DNA from: Microbacterium sp.
GTDB lineage: Bacteria > Actinomycetota > Actinomycetes > Actinomycetales > Microbacteriaceae
Assembly: GCA_049646915.1 (NCBI GenBank)
Contig: JBARWR010000071.1
Location: forward strand, 1 to 58,152
Length of the DNA: 58,152 nt
Direction of reading: 5' to 3'
The first letter of the stretch is position 1; every line of letters begins with the position of its first letter. A program made the translations under genes and the position numbers. The notes under the pieces were generated by a model. It was given only the letters and a program-made list of their open reading frames with translations, had not been told where the DNA came from and ran no database searches. Of this stretch, positions 21,324 to 30,841 are shown in pieces.

Positions 21324-22093
21324 AGTCCCAGTCCTCGCTGCTGCTTGAGGTTCGTGATGTTGGCGGGTTCAAACCACGACGCCCGTTGTTGATGTGGCGT
21401 TGCCGCGTGTGGACGGAGTCCGCGGGAGTCATTCGGAACTACGTCGATCGATTCGACGTAGTGGAGCCGATAGAGGGCAACGTGCCCGAAGCTGTGACTA
21501 TACGCAAGGTGGTAGTCGCCGTCGCGGGTCTCGTGTTCCAGGGGACTGCTCGGCGGTACGTCGTAGACGTACCCATTTTCCATTGCAGTGCTGGTGGTCT
21601 CGTCGCCGTAGTCCCAGTTCTTCAGATGGTTGAGTCCGGCGCCGGCACCCTCAGTGTCAATCATGTTGAGTACCTCGTCAGCGTTTTCGCCCTGCAGGAA
21701 CACGACACTGATCCACCGCGATACAGGGGAGTGCTCGGGCGCGGGAGCATCGTGCCAGGCGACGCGACTTGCCGCGGATGCTGCGACGTTGAGGCGGTCC
21801 TCGGCTTGGTCAATAAAGCTCGCGGCCTGATGCAGTTCATCGGCGGTGGTCAATGCGTCCTTAGATCCAGCAGCGTGGTTGCCGTGGTCATCGAACGCAC
21901 GCGAGCGGTTGTTGGCGTGGGCGGTCGCGAGCTGATCGAGAACCTGCTTCAGCGAACGCACCCCGGAAAGGAGCTCACCGAGCACTCCGTAGATGTCCTG
22001 TGGGTTCTCGAACGTGCGCGTTGCATGTGCGAGCCCACGCAGCGCCTCGGATGCTTCGCCGGCATCAGCGCCGGGATCGTGGAACGTGGGCAT
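21320..22093 (-). CDS. ICE hypothetical protein
   Basis: RBS ggagg, ATG 22093; helical N-half, VVFLQGE..HLKNWDYG C-half; ends QQRGLGL. Confidence 0.7.
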   Translation of the reverse strand: MPTFHDPGADAGEASEALRGLAHATRTFENPQDIYGVLGELLSGVRSLKQVLDQLATAHANNRSRAFDDHGNHAAGSKDALTTADELHQAASFIDQAEDRLNVAASAASRVAWHDAPAPEHSPVSRWISVVFLQGENADEVLNMIDTEGAGAGLNHLKNWDYGDETTSTAMENGYVYDVPPSSPLEHETRDGDYHLAYSHSFGHVALYRLHYVESIDVVPNDSRGLRPHAATPHQQRASWFEPANITNLKQQRGLGL

Positions 22094-22187
22094 GGTGGCC
22101 TCCAAATGATGCAATCGGGCTTGATCACTAGTGAGGTGGGCAAGTCTTTCCGGCCCGTTGTCGGAGGTGCCCAATACCCTTGGAGGT

Positions 22188-23045
22188 ATGAGCTTTACAG
22201 CGTCCGTACTCCGCGTCATGATCGCCTCACCCTCCGACGTCCCGGACGCGCGTGACGCCGTCGAAGCTGCCATCAACGACTGGAACAACGCGAACGCGAA
22301 GAACAAGCAGACGATGCTGCTGCCGTGGAGGTGGGAAACATCCTCAATACCTGTGCTCGGCGGGCATCCCCAGTCGTTCATCAACTCGCAGGGAGTCGAT
22401 GAATCAGACATCGTCTTTGCGATCTTCGGAAGCCGACTTGGCTCTCCGACCCCAGACGCAGTCTCTGGGACTGTTGAAGAGATTGAACGAGCTGTCAGTA
22501 GCGGTAAGCCGGTGCACCTCTACTTCTCGACCGCGGCGCTTCCCAACGACGTAGATACGCGTCAACTGGACGGGCTTCGTGAGTTCCGTGGGGAGATTAG
22601 TCAGCGCGGATTGCTCGGTGAGTTCGCTACCACCGCGCAGTTGGGGCACGAAGTCTGGAAAGCGATCGAGTTCGATATTGCTCAGCTCGATCTCGGGGCA
22701 CCTGTGTTGTCATCGACCAAGCGCGGCATTCGGTTTACGGCCCAACCAATGCAAGAGCGAGAGATCCGTAGCTACGACAACAAAGGCAAGCCGCGGTACT
22801 CAAATCGTCACTGGATCGAAGTCACTAACTCTGGCGACGAGGACGCAACCGACGTTCTCTTCGAGGTGGTTGGCGAACACTCCAGCATGATGTTGGGCAA
22901 TGACAATTCGCCTACCGTAATTCATGCGGGCCAGACCCGACGCGTGAACGTCGTCCACCACATGGGCGGCGGCGATCCAGACGTACTCCGTATTCGATGG
23001 AGCGAGCAAGGGGAGCCGAAGGAGTTCGACTTCCACGTCGGGTGA
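22188..23045 (+). CDS. DUF4062-like (TIR/NDT-fold) domain protein
   Basis: RVMIASPSDV..R, WE, SDIVFAIFGSRLGSPT, SGTVEEI, GKPVHLYFS. Confidence 0.8.
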   Translation: MSFTASVLRVMIASPSDVPDARDAVEAAINDWNNANAKNKQTMLLPWRWETSSIPVLGGHPQSFINSQGVDESDIVFAIFGSRLGSPTPDAVSGTVEEIERAVSSGKPVHLYFSTAALPNDVDTRQLDGLREFRGEISQRGLLGEFATTAQLGHEVWKAIEFDIAQLDLGAPVLSSTKRGIRFTAQPMQEREIRSYDNKGKPRYSNRHWIEVTNSGDEDATDVLFEVVGEHSSMMLGNDNSPTVIHAGQTRRVNVVHHMGGGDPDVLRIRWSEQGEPKEFDFHVG

Positions 23046-23048
23046 GGC

Positions 23049-24515
23049 TCACACCACGCGGCAGAGCGGCAATGCCGCAGCGGTGAATGCCTGAGCTTGC
23101 TGTCCCACTAGGAGCCGCGTTTCGCAAGAAGCCTGAATTGCCGCTTGCTCGATCGCGGCCACCGCGGCGTCGAGGTCTTCCGCGCTTCGCGCTGAGACCG
23201 AGATGAGCCCCGTGTAGTGGAGAACCCCATGCCCAGCAGTGAGGTCGGCTTCCTGTTGCAAGACGTCTTGGAACTCTGCCGTTTGCGATGCATCCTCGAT
23301 CTGGCCGATCCGCTGGCGCTGAGCTGCGTCGGAGATGTACTCGGTCTTCTTCTTTCGAATGTCGCGTGCCGCCTGATCCGAACGCATGGGCGTGCACAGC
23401 AGCGAGAACGACCGCTGGATCCCCGTCGACAACAACAGTGGTGCAAGGAATCCGGGATACACCATCGATCGGGGCCACTCTGAGATCCACAACACCGCGT
23501 GGAACGCCGAGTCTGTGCGAAGCCTCGACCATGACTCGTTGACAGCCACTGGTCCCGCAGCCGCCAGAGATCGGCCGAGTTCACTGTGGCGTTCGAGTGT
23601 CGCGGCGACCCCAGGGTCGTACGCAGAGCGCAGGACCACCGCGATGTCGCTACATGAGAGCCAGGAAGATGGTGCGAGGTCGGCAGACCGCAGAGCGGCG
23701 ACCAGCGTGGACATCTCCTGACGGAGCACAGCAGCAGCACCGCGGATGCCGCCACCGGCCGTTCTGATCTGCCGTGATGCCGCACGCATGTCGAGAGAGA
23801 GCGACAGCGTGGTCGCGTGACGTTCGCCGGTAGGACCGGCTCGTTCGATCAGCTCAGCGTACGTGGTGGAGGCCCACGAGGTATCCGTCGTGCCGTGTGC
23901 AGCCAACCATTCGGTGAGCCCCGTTCCGGAGTCGGACAGGGTCCGCTCCAGCACTTGCAGCATTGAGATGCGCCCAGACCGGCACACGGTCGCCAGCACG
24001 CGCCCCCATGAACTGACACGACGTTCTTGTTCGCCGGGATCGAGGAGCACGAAGGCTGGATGCGAGACCGCGACTATCGCCGTCAGCGTTCCGGCGGTGG
24101 GGTCGTGAACCATCCCGGCGCCCGTGGTGGGATCGTCGTACTCGCGCAACCGAGCCATGTCGCCGGGAAGAGCGAGAGACCCCGCGGGACGGGGCTTCAC
24201 CACATGACGGCGGTAGAACAGTTGCCCGCCGCTGCTCTTCCACAGCCACCAGAAGACGACCGGGACCCATTCGACAAGCGCGCGCCCCGTGATTCGAATC
24301 CACGCAGCCGCAGCGGCCGTGATCCAGATCGGCGCGGAGAAGGCGATGAGGGCGCCGCCTCCGGAGTAGAACGCCCACACCACGGTTCCGACTCCGATTC
24401 CGAGGGCGATCAGCTGCGAGAGCGACATACCCAAAAGGACACCCCGGCGGGCTAATCGCGAGAACTTCACGGGGACGAGATCTCCGGCGCGTTCGTTGTC
24501 GTGGCTGTTCGTCAT
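23049..24515 (-). CDS. SCO6880/PrgI-like conjugation membrane protein
   Basis: RRGVLLGMSLSQL TM start, WISEWPR, QAQAFTAAALPL; between VirB6-like and VirB4-like genes. Confidence 0.85.
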   Translation of the reverse strand: MTNSHDNERAGDLVPVKFSRLARRGVLLGMSLSQLIALGIGVGTVVWAFYSGGGALIAFSAPIWITAAAAAWIRITGRALVEWVPVVFWWLWKSSGGQLFYRRHVVKPRPAGSLALPGDMARLREYDDPTTGAGMVHDPTAGTLTAIVAVSHPAFVLLDPGEQERRVSSWGRVLATVCRSGRISMLQVLERTLSDSGTGLTEWLAAHGTTDTSWASTTYAELIERAGPTGERHATTLSLSLDMRAASRQIRTAGGGIRGAAAVLRQEMSTLVAALRSADLAPSSWLSCSDIAVVLRSAYDPGVAATLERHSELGRSLAAAGPVAVNESWSRLRTDSAFHAVLWISEWPRSMVYPGFLAPLLLSTGIQRSFSLLCTPMRSDQAARDIRKKKTEYISDAAQRQRIGQIEDASQTAEFQDVLQQEADLTAGHGVLHYTGLISVSARSAEDLDAAVAAIEQAAIQASCETRLLVGQQAQAFTAAALPLCRVV

Positions 24516-24539
24516 GATGCGTCACTCCTTCACGAGAGG

Positions 24540-25862
24540 CTATGGTCGCGCGGTACTGGGCGGAGCGGGATCGGATCGTGGTGGTGACGGCTGGGGCATG
24601 GATGGTGTTGCAGGAGTCGCACGCGTTGAGGCACCAGGTTCGCCCGCGCTCGCCGCAGCAGTTTCAGCGGTTCCGCCGATGTTCTGGCCGATCTTCGGTC
24701 CGGAAGTCGCAGCGCCTTTCACGACCTCGGTGCCGACGATCACTGCAGCGGCGGGCCCAGCCGATGCAGCAGTTCCGGTCCCTGCTCCCGCGCCGGTGTT
24801 GGCTGCTGCGCCGCTCGACGGTGCCCCGGCCGATGCCGTCGCGCCCGGCGCATTGCTTGCAGTCGGCATCACACGCGAACCGCTACCTGGTCCTCCGTCG
24901 AGAACTTTCTTGAGTCCGTCGCTGTGAGGCCGTGACGGCATCGGAATGGGTCGGTTGATCGCGTTCTTCGCTTCCTGTTCGCTCCCCATCGCGTGATAGA
25001 GATCGAAGCCCAGGAACGAAACGAACCGATAGACCATGTAGGGGGCGAAGGCTGCGATGAACAGCAGCACGATGCCTGAGATCGGCTCGGTGACGGAAGC
25101 CAGATCAGCCTCGATCGGAGTGGAGACCTGGGTGATCGCGATGAGGAACACAACGACAAGTACGAGCTTGGAGATGATCAGCGCGACAACGAAGGCCGCC
25201 CACTTGCCGATCCACCCGCGGGTGACATCCCATGCGGCACCCGCGAATGCGATGGGCGCGAGCACGATCGCGACCAGGAGCAAGGCCTTGCGGATCAGGA
25301 GGGAGAACCACACAATCGCGACAGCGCAGATCATCAGCCCCGCGAGGAAGATCGTGATGATCGCGCCGACGCCGGGAGCGGCAATGTTGATCGCCGTGAG
25401 TCCTGCGGTGAGGAGCGCAATCTTGTCGCCCATGCTCGTGGTCGTTTCCCCTGCGGCCTGGACGATGCCGATGCAGAGTTGGTCGACGATCTCCAGCGCC
25501 GTTGCAGTGAGCGTGATGACGACGAAGGAGCCAAGGATGGCTTTGGCAGCTCCGAGTGCGGCACGGGAGAGCGCTGCCGGCTCGCGTCGAATGAGGCCGA
25601 GGATGAGTTGGAAGCAGAAGAACAGCAGGACGATGAAGATGCCGATGCCGAAGAGCAGATCGTAGACGTGGAGGTATCCGGCGGATTGAACGTCGATCAG
25701 GGTGGTGCTGTCGAAGATTGTCCACATGGCTTCGATGAGCCATCCGGCGGCTTGTCCCATTGTGGAGGCGAGCCAATCGAATGGTGCAGACACCAGCGTG
25801 GCCGCACCCTCGCCGGCGGCATTGCACACGTTGGCGATAACGGGGATATCGCAGACACTCAT
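24540..25862 (-). CDS. TrbL/VirB6-like polytopic conjugation protein
   Basis: Multiple TMs, LLIRKALLLVAIVLAPIAFAG, Ala/Gly/Pro-rich tail. Confidence 0.85.
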   Translation of the reverse strand: MSVCDIPVIANVCNAAGEGAATLVSAPFDWLASTMGQAAGWLIEAMWTIFDSTTLIDVQSAGYLHVYDLLFGIGIFIVLLFFCFQLILGLIRREPAALSRAALGAAKAILGSFVVITLTATALEIVDQLCIGIVQAAGETTTSMGDKIALLTAGLTAINIAAPGVGAIITIFLAGLMICAVAIVWFSLLIRKALLLVAIVLAPIAFAGAAWDVTRGWIGKWAAFVVALIISKLVLVVVFLIAITQVSTPIEADLASVTEPISGIVLLFIAAFAPYMVYRFVSFLGFDLYHAMGSEQEAKNAINRPIPMPSRPHSDGLKKVLDGGPGSGSRVMPTASNAPGATASAGAPSSGAAANTGAGAGTGTAASAGPAAAVIVGTEVVKGAATSGPKIGQNIGGTAETAAASAGEPGASTRATPATPSMPQPSPPRSDPAPPSTARP

Positions 25863-25896
25863 CGCGGGGCTCCCAGTGACTCGAGATCGAGCGGCC

Positions 25897-26208
25897 TCAA
25901 ACCTGTTGTCCGACGTTCCAGAAGAAGTTGACGAGCGTCACGGATGCGCCACAGATGATGGCTGCTCCACAGGAGACGAGCACGCCAAGCTTGCCGCGCG
26001 ATGCGAGGTGCGGGTTCGACGAATTCGACCCGAGTCCCCAGATGATCGCGGAGATGATCAGTGCGAGCACCGAGAGGATGAGTCCGATCGTCATGACCGC
26101 GCCGACGATGGTGCGCAGCTGCGCGATCCCAGGTAGGCCTGAGTCGTTCGGGGTGATGCCGATATCCATCGGCAGACCGGTGACGATGGTCGTGATGAGT
26201 GCAAACAT
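25897..26208 (-). CDS. DUF6112-like pilin/VirB2-like protein
   Basis: PNDSGLPGI, two TMs, SSNPHLASRGK. Confidence 0.8.
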   Translation of the reverse strand: MFALITTIVTGLPMDIGITPNDSGLPGIAQLRTIVGAVMTIGLILSVLALIISAIIWGLGSNSSNPHLASRGKLGVLVSCGAAIICGASVTLVNFFWNVGQQV

Positions 26209-26341
26209 GGCGGCTCCTTGGCATGAACACCGCCACGGGCGGTAGACGAAACATGGTCAAGAGGCAGGTGCGCATTGAGTTGCCGCCAGACGTAGCCGAA
26301 TGCCGGTAGACCTCGTGGAGCACACCGCTAGGACGACGGTG

Positions 26342-26608
26342 CTACAGCTGTTCGCCGACGCTGATCAGCCAGTTCACCCAGGCGACAGCACCACCCGCCA
26401 GCACAGCCGCGCCGAGCGCGACGAACACTCCGGCGTGCGCTTTCGCAGCAATTTCTGGGTTGCCGGTGGAGGTAGCGATTGCCCAGATGATCGCCGAGAC
26501 GATGACCATGAGCACCGCGACGATCAGGATGAGCGTGAGCGCAGCACCGATGACGACCTTGAGGTCAGCGATACCGCTGAGGCTGCCGAAATCAGGAAAC
26601 ACGTTCAT
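26342..26608 (-). CDS. Second DUF6112-like pilin-like protein
   Basis: MNVFPDFGSLSG, two TMs; coupled to the M23 gene stop. Confidence 0.75.
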   Translation of the reverse strand: MNVFPDFGSLSGIADLKVVIGAALTLILIVAVLMVIVSAIIWAIATSTGNPEIAAKAHAGVFVALGAAVLAGGAVAWVNWLISVGEQL

Positions 26609-27789
26609 CACCGACTGTCTCCGATCGCCGAGCATTCGGCACTTGTTGTGGCTTCGGGGAGGTCTGCAGCGTGGTGCTCGTTGAGCCACTTCGCCGCGTC
26701 TACGGCCTCCGCGTTCGTGCCGCCCGGTCGGACTTCGAAGTGCAGATGCGGCCCTGTTGAGCGCCCGGAGGAACCGACGTCGCCGATGTGCTGACCAGCG
26801 ATGACACGCTCGCCGACGGTGACGTGGATGCCGTTGTGCCACATGTGTGCGTACGCAGTCGCCACGGTGCCACCGTCGATGCGGTGCTCGATCACGATGA
26901 GCCCGCCGTACCCGCCGGAAGACTCGGCAACGGTGACGACACCGTCCGCGGCGGCGAGAATCGCGGTTCCGTCGGCAGCAGCAAGGTCGGTGCCGGAGTG
27001 GAAGGCGCTCTCGCCGGTGAATGGGTCGATCCGCCGGCCGAAGTCACCCGCGAGAATCCAAGTTCCCTCCGGCAGCGGAAACACGACGCGGGCGGACTCC
27101 GTGGCGCTCGCCGTCGGCGCAGGGATGCTCGTCGCAGGCTGCGAGGCGCCGCTCGTGAGGGCGATGAGAATCTTCTCTGCGACGGGTTCGTAGTTGTCGT
27201 ACCGATCGGGAAATGCAGAAACCTCAACAGTTTGCGCGGCTACTCCCTTGTCGATGTTCTGCCAGTCGGGGATATCGAGCAGGCCACGTGGCGAAGGGTA
27301 GTTCGGTCCCGTCGGTCCGCCGAGGAACGCGGATACCTGGTACTCGGGATCCATCAGCTCAGCGACGGATCCCCATCCGGACTGCGGGCGCATTTGGAAC
27401 AGCCCGAGTGAGTCGTGATCTGATTCGTCCCCGTCATTCGGAAAGTCGCCGGATCCTGGATATGTGCTGGTGTTCGCGAGCTGCCTGAGCGTCGACTCGG
27501 TGAGTGCTGCCATGAGCGCGACCAGGATGCCATCGCGGGTGACGTCGTCGATCCTCGATCCGACGGAGATGATGGTGGCCGCATGCGTGAGCTGGCGCTT
27601 GTTGAGCGTGAGTGTCTCTCCGTTGGAGGTCGTCACTATGAGCGATTCCGGGATGATGCCGACGGTCAGGCCTGGCGGAGCGAGGCACGCGATGGCAGCG
27701 GGATTCACCACCAGACCGACCGCGACGATCCCGAGCGTCGGTGCGAGGAACATCAGCGCGATGAGCGTAATCGCGAGCTTTTTCATCAT
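26608..27789 (-). CDS. Conjugative cell-wall hydrolase with M23 peptidase domain
   Basis: ALTES, DSLGLFQMR lysozyme-like part; HSGTD and HLHFEV. Confidence 0.88.
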   Translation of the reverse strand: MMKKLAITLIALMFLAPTLGIVAVGLVVNPAAIACLAPPGLTVGIIPESLIVTTSNGETLTLNKRQLTHAATIISVGSRIDDVTRDGILVALMAALTESTLRQLANTSTYPGSGDFPNDGDESDHDSLGLFQMRPQSGWGSVAELMDPEYQVSAFLGGPTGPNYPSPRGLLDIPDWQNIDKGVAAQTVEVSAFPDRYDNYEPVAEKILIALTSGASQPATSIPAPTASATESARVVFPLPEGTWILAGDFGRRIDPFTGESAFHSGTDLAAADGTAILAAADGVVTVAESSGGYGGLIVIEHRIDGGTVATAYAHMWHNGIHVTVGERVIAGQHIGDVGSSGRSTGPHLHFEVRPGGTNAEAVDAAKWLNEHHAADLPEATTSAECSAIGDSR

Positions 27790-27801
27790 TAGTCGGCCGT
27801 C

Positions 27802-28482
27802 CTAACGGAGCGGATTGTTTAGCTCCGAGAGCCGCAATGCGGAGCAACCCCCATCGTGCGGGCAAGCAATGAACACTGTGAACGCGATCTCTTGTTGAAC
27901 GGTGACGGGGTTGCCGTTCCAGGTCCCCGTGCGGTGCCGGATGCCCTCGATCGTGTACGCGGTTGCGCCCGCGGGGAGCTGCCCGGGTCGTGCCTGTGCG
28001 AGCGCTTCGGACCACGCATGCGGCACGGACGCCGATGTGACCTCCAGGCGTTGCGTTGTCGAGTACTTGCGTAGCTGAAGCCATGCGGTCTGCGTCGGCA
28101 GGTAGTTGGCAATGTCGGCTGCGAGCCCAGGCCCCTCGATACCGCTGGACTCAGCAACGTCGAGGATGGCGCCGGCGTAGTCGAGCGGGAGGAAGCCGCT
28201 GCCCGTATCCCACCTGAACAGTGCCGTCGCGATGCTGCGCGCGAACGCTTCCGCATCGTGACCGTGTGAGATCGTCGGCAGTCGAGACGCTGTCGTAGCC
28301 TGCCCAAGAGGCGGCGCGGCAGGTGGTCTGGCGCTCGACGAAGTCGGATCAGAGGGGACGCCCGGCTGTGTTCCGGCGATCAGTCCGTACATGCCGACAC
28401 CGGCGACGAGAACAGTCATGGACGCGATGGCGATCAACGCGACTCTTGCGCGGCGTGAGCGGGGAGCAGCCAGATGCTTCAT
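27802..28482 (-). CDS. Membrane-anchored ICE transfer protein (hypothetical)
   Basis: N-terminal TM, FARSIATALFRWDT, terminal CxxxxxC.LRLS. Confidence 0.65.
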   Translation of the reverse strand: MKHLAAPRSRRARVALIAIASMTVLVAGVGMYGLIAGTQPGVPSDPTSSSARPPAAPPLGQATTASRLPTISHGHDAEAFARSIATALFRWDTGSGFLPLDYAGAILDVAESSGIEGPGLAADIANYLPTQTAWLQLRKYSTTQRLEVTSASVPHAWSEALAQARPGQLPAGATAYTIEGIRHRTGTWNGNPVTVQQEIAFTVFIACPHDGGCSALRLSELNNPLR

Positions 28483-28514
28483 GCCCGTCAGGTGCGCAGT
28501 CCCGGCCCCCAGGC

Positions 28515-29522
28515 TCAAACCGCGTGAAGGTTCCGCGTCGTCGTCACGGTTTCAGCGCTGTCGGCATTCCGAGCAGTTTGGAGCTGCTCAGCAACGTCGA
28601 CGGTGGCATCAACGACCCGGAGGAACATGCTCGTCTCGGCATCGGTGAGCTGACGTGCGAGGTCGTCCACGATGAAGTGCCTCCACCAGCCGTCGAGTTC
28701 AGTCCAGGTGACGACGAACGCGCGTACGGGCCACGGCTCATCGCCTTCGTTGCGGGACGAAGCGCTCGGCGACGGACGCCGCTTGGGCATCCGCTTGCCC
28801 TTGACCCGGGCCAGCGCTTCTTCGGCGAGCTTCGCGACGTCGTCCGCGTTCACCCCAGACTGCTCCGCAGCTACGAGCTGGCGTGCTCGCTGATAGCTCG
28901 GATCTACGGCCGCCCCAGAACTGATGCGTTCCAACTCATCCGCGATACCCTCGCGTACCGACTGCGGCTGGGTCTCATCATCAACGAGCCGCTGCAAGAA
29001 GTTGATCTTCTCCAGGGTGGTGTGAGATGCCCCATCCGAAATCATCGCTGCGGCCTGCTCACGTGCATCTCCCTGCGATGCTGACGGTGCCGCAAAATGC
29101 GCGGCACCGTCGCTTCCGGGCTGATTCTCGCTGCTGAAGCGTGATGCTTCCTGGCGGCGAGCGGCGTCCTCTGCCATCAGCTTTTTGATCTCGCGGTATA
29201 GCGTCGCGTTCTCCAGCTGAGTGAGCGGCTTGTGCAGCACGTTGTCATCCTGCTCAGCAAGCAGATGTGCGAGGTCTCCTGAGATACCTGACCGCACCCA
29301 CACTTTTACGTGCAGCCATCCCAGCTGTTTGATGGCGGCCAGGCGCCGCGCACCGCAAACCAGGATGCCCTCAGGCGTCACGGTGATCGGCTGCAGCAGG
29401 CCATCCCGTTGGATGGATGCTGCGAGAGAGTTGATATCGCCGAGCTCTGCGCGGTGGCGTCGACCGATGTGGATCGAATCGACCGATCGCTCCAACTCGA
29501 TGTACCCGTCGTGCGTGCTCAT
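28515..29522 (-). CDS. ParB N-terminal domain protein
   Basis: LAASIQRDGLLQPITV...CGARRLAA. Confidence 0.85.
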   Translation of the reverse strand: MSTHDGYIELERSVDSIHIGRRHRAELGDINSLAASIQRDGLLQPITVTPEGILVCGARRLAAIKQLGWLHVKVWVRSGISGDLAHLLAEQDDNVLHKPLTQLENATLYREIKKLMAEDAARRQEASRFSSENQPGSDGAAHFAAPSASQGDAREQAAAMISDGASHTTLEKINFLQRLVDDETQPQSVREGIADELERISSGAAVDPSYQRARQLVAAEQSGVNADDVAKLAEEALARVKGKRMPKRRPSPSASSRNEGDEPWPVRAFVVTWTELDGWWRHFIVDDLARQLTDAETSMFLRVVDATVDVAEQLQTARNADSAETVTTTRNLHAV

Positions 29523-30376
29523 CGCCTGCCTCCGTGTGTCGGCAAGGACATCGCGATCGTCATCACCAAGTCGTTGTCACTGAGCAACGCTGGAAGCGTC
29601 TCGCCGAGAAGCAGACGAAACAGGATGCCGCGACCACTGCTGGTCGATTGGTATGCGGGGTGCGGGTTACCCAGAAGTACGTGCAACAGCGCAGACCATG
29701 AATCGGCGGGTAGGTCGAGGAGCGCTCGCGCGTGCTTATCGCGGCGCAAAAGTTCGTGCGCGCTTTGCCGCGATCCGATCCGCTCGACAGCGGCGCAGAC
29801 ATGCTCGATCGCAGGGCGGATGGTGTCCTCGGGCCAACCCAACGTCGTGAACAGGACGATGGAGAGCTCGATCGCACGTTCGGCCATATCGACTTGCTGG
29901 GCCACGTCGGATGCTTCGCTGTCCGCAGCGATTGTGTAGCGATCTTCGACGTGGAACGCGGGATGGTAATCGGACAGCGGAGTCTCTCGGTCGGCGAATC
30001 GTTCGGGATCATGGAACACAGAGACCTGCGGGCGGCGAGCCTGGTGTGTTGAGCACAGCAGGCCTTGTCCGCGTTCTTCGGCGATGCAGGTGACTTGGAC
30101 CCCGCGAGTGACGACAGCCCACGGGTCGTCGGCTTCCCGTGCGGAGCGAGTTCGCATGACCTCGAACGCTGCTGACGCGGCCTCCCACGGGTCCAGGCCA
30201 TGCTTGCGTGCCAAGGCCGCATACTTCTGGGCCGAGAACGCCGCAAGATCGGCGGCAACCGGGTCGTGTGCCCAGGCATGTGCGCCCGCGTGATGCAGGC
30301 GGTGGAGCAGGGCGCGCAGCCCTTCGCTCGTTGTATAGTCCTCGTTCGGCTTCGGTGGCGAGTTGTGATCAGTCAT
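29519..30376 (-). CDS. ICE hypothetical protein (possible sigma-region-2-like regulator)
   Basis: RBS aggagg, ATG 30376; KYAALARKHGLDPWEAASAAFEVM...DDPWAVV. Confidence 0.6.
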   Translation of the reverse strand: MTDHNSPPKPNEDYTTSEGLRALLHRLHHAGAHAWAHDPVAADLAAFSAQKYAALARKHGLDPWEAASAAFEVMRTRSAREADDPWAVVTRGVQVTCIAEERGQGLLCSTHQARRPQVSVFHDPERFADRETPLSDYHPAFHVEDRYTIAADSEASDVAQQVDMAERAIELSIVLFTTLGWPEDTIRPAIEHVCAAVERIGSRQSAHELLRRDKHARALLDLPADSWSALLHVLLGNPHPAYQSTSSGRGILFRLLLGETLPALLSDNDLVMTIAMSLPTHGGRR

Positions 30377-30472
30377 GGTGAGGGCACCTCCTGACATGCA
30401 GGTGCGTGCGTGGTCCCCAGCCGCGGTCGTGGGTGCCGGTACTCTGCTCATCAGATTCTCCGTACGTGCTCT

Positions 30473-30841
30473 TCAGACGGCGCCGACTGCGCCGCGCTCT
30501 GTCCCGCTTCGAGAGGTGCCATGCCCGAACGCGGATACGAGCGGGAGCCGTCGGGCTCGCTGCGCAATGCCGCGGATGCTGGTTGTTGTGGCCTTGCGAG
30601 TGCGTCGAAGAAGCTCAGCCTGGAAGTTGATTCCGGCGCCGGCCATCTGGGAGCCGCTGCGTGCCATCAGATCCGTTGGGCGCACCCAGTCGACGCCACG
30701 TACGCGGTACGAGGCAGGATCCAATATCGTGTCCCGACGACGATTACGGATCCTCGTCGCTTCGACCGCCTCAGGCGTGGTCGCTAGGGTGCCGAAGTCT
30801 TGATCGACCTCGCGCATTATGCCCTCTTTGATCTCGGTCAT
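30473..30841 (-). CDS. ICE hypothetical protein
   Basis: RVRGVDWVRPTDL motif; ATGA overlap with upstream gene. Confidence 0.55.
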   Translation of the reverse strand: MTEIKEGIMREVDQDFGTLATTPEAVEATRIRNRRRDTILDPASYRVRGVDWVRPTDLMARSGSQMAGAGINFQAELLRRTRKATTTSIRGIAQRARRLPLVSAFGHGTSRSGTERGAVGAV

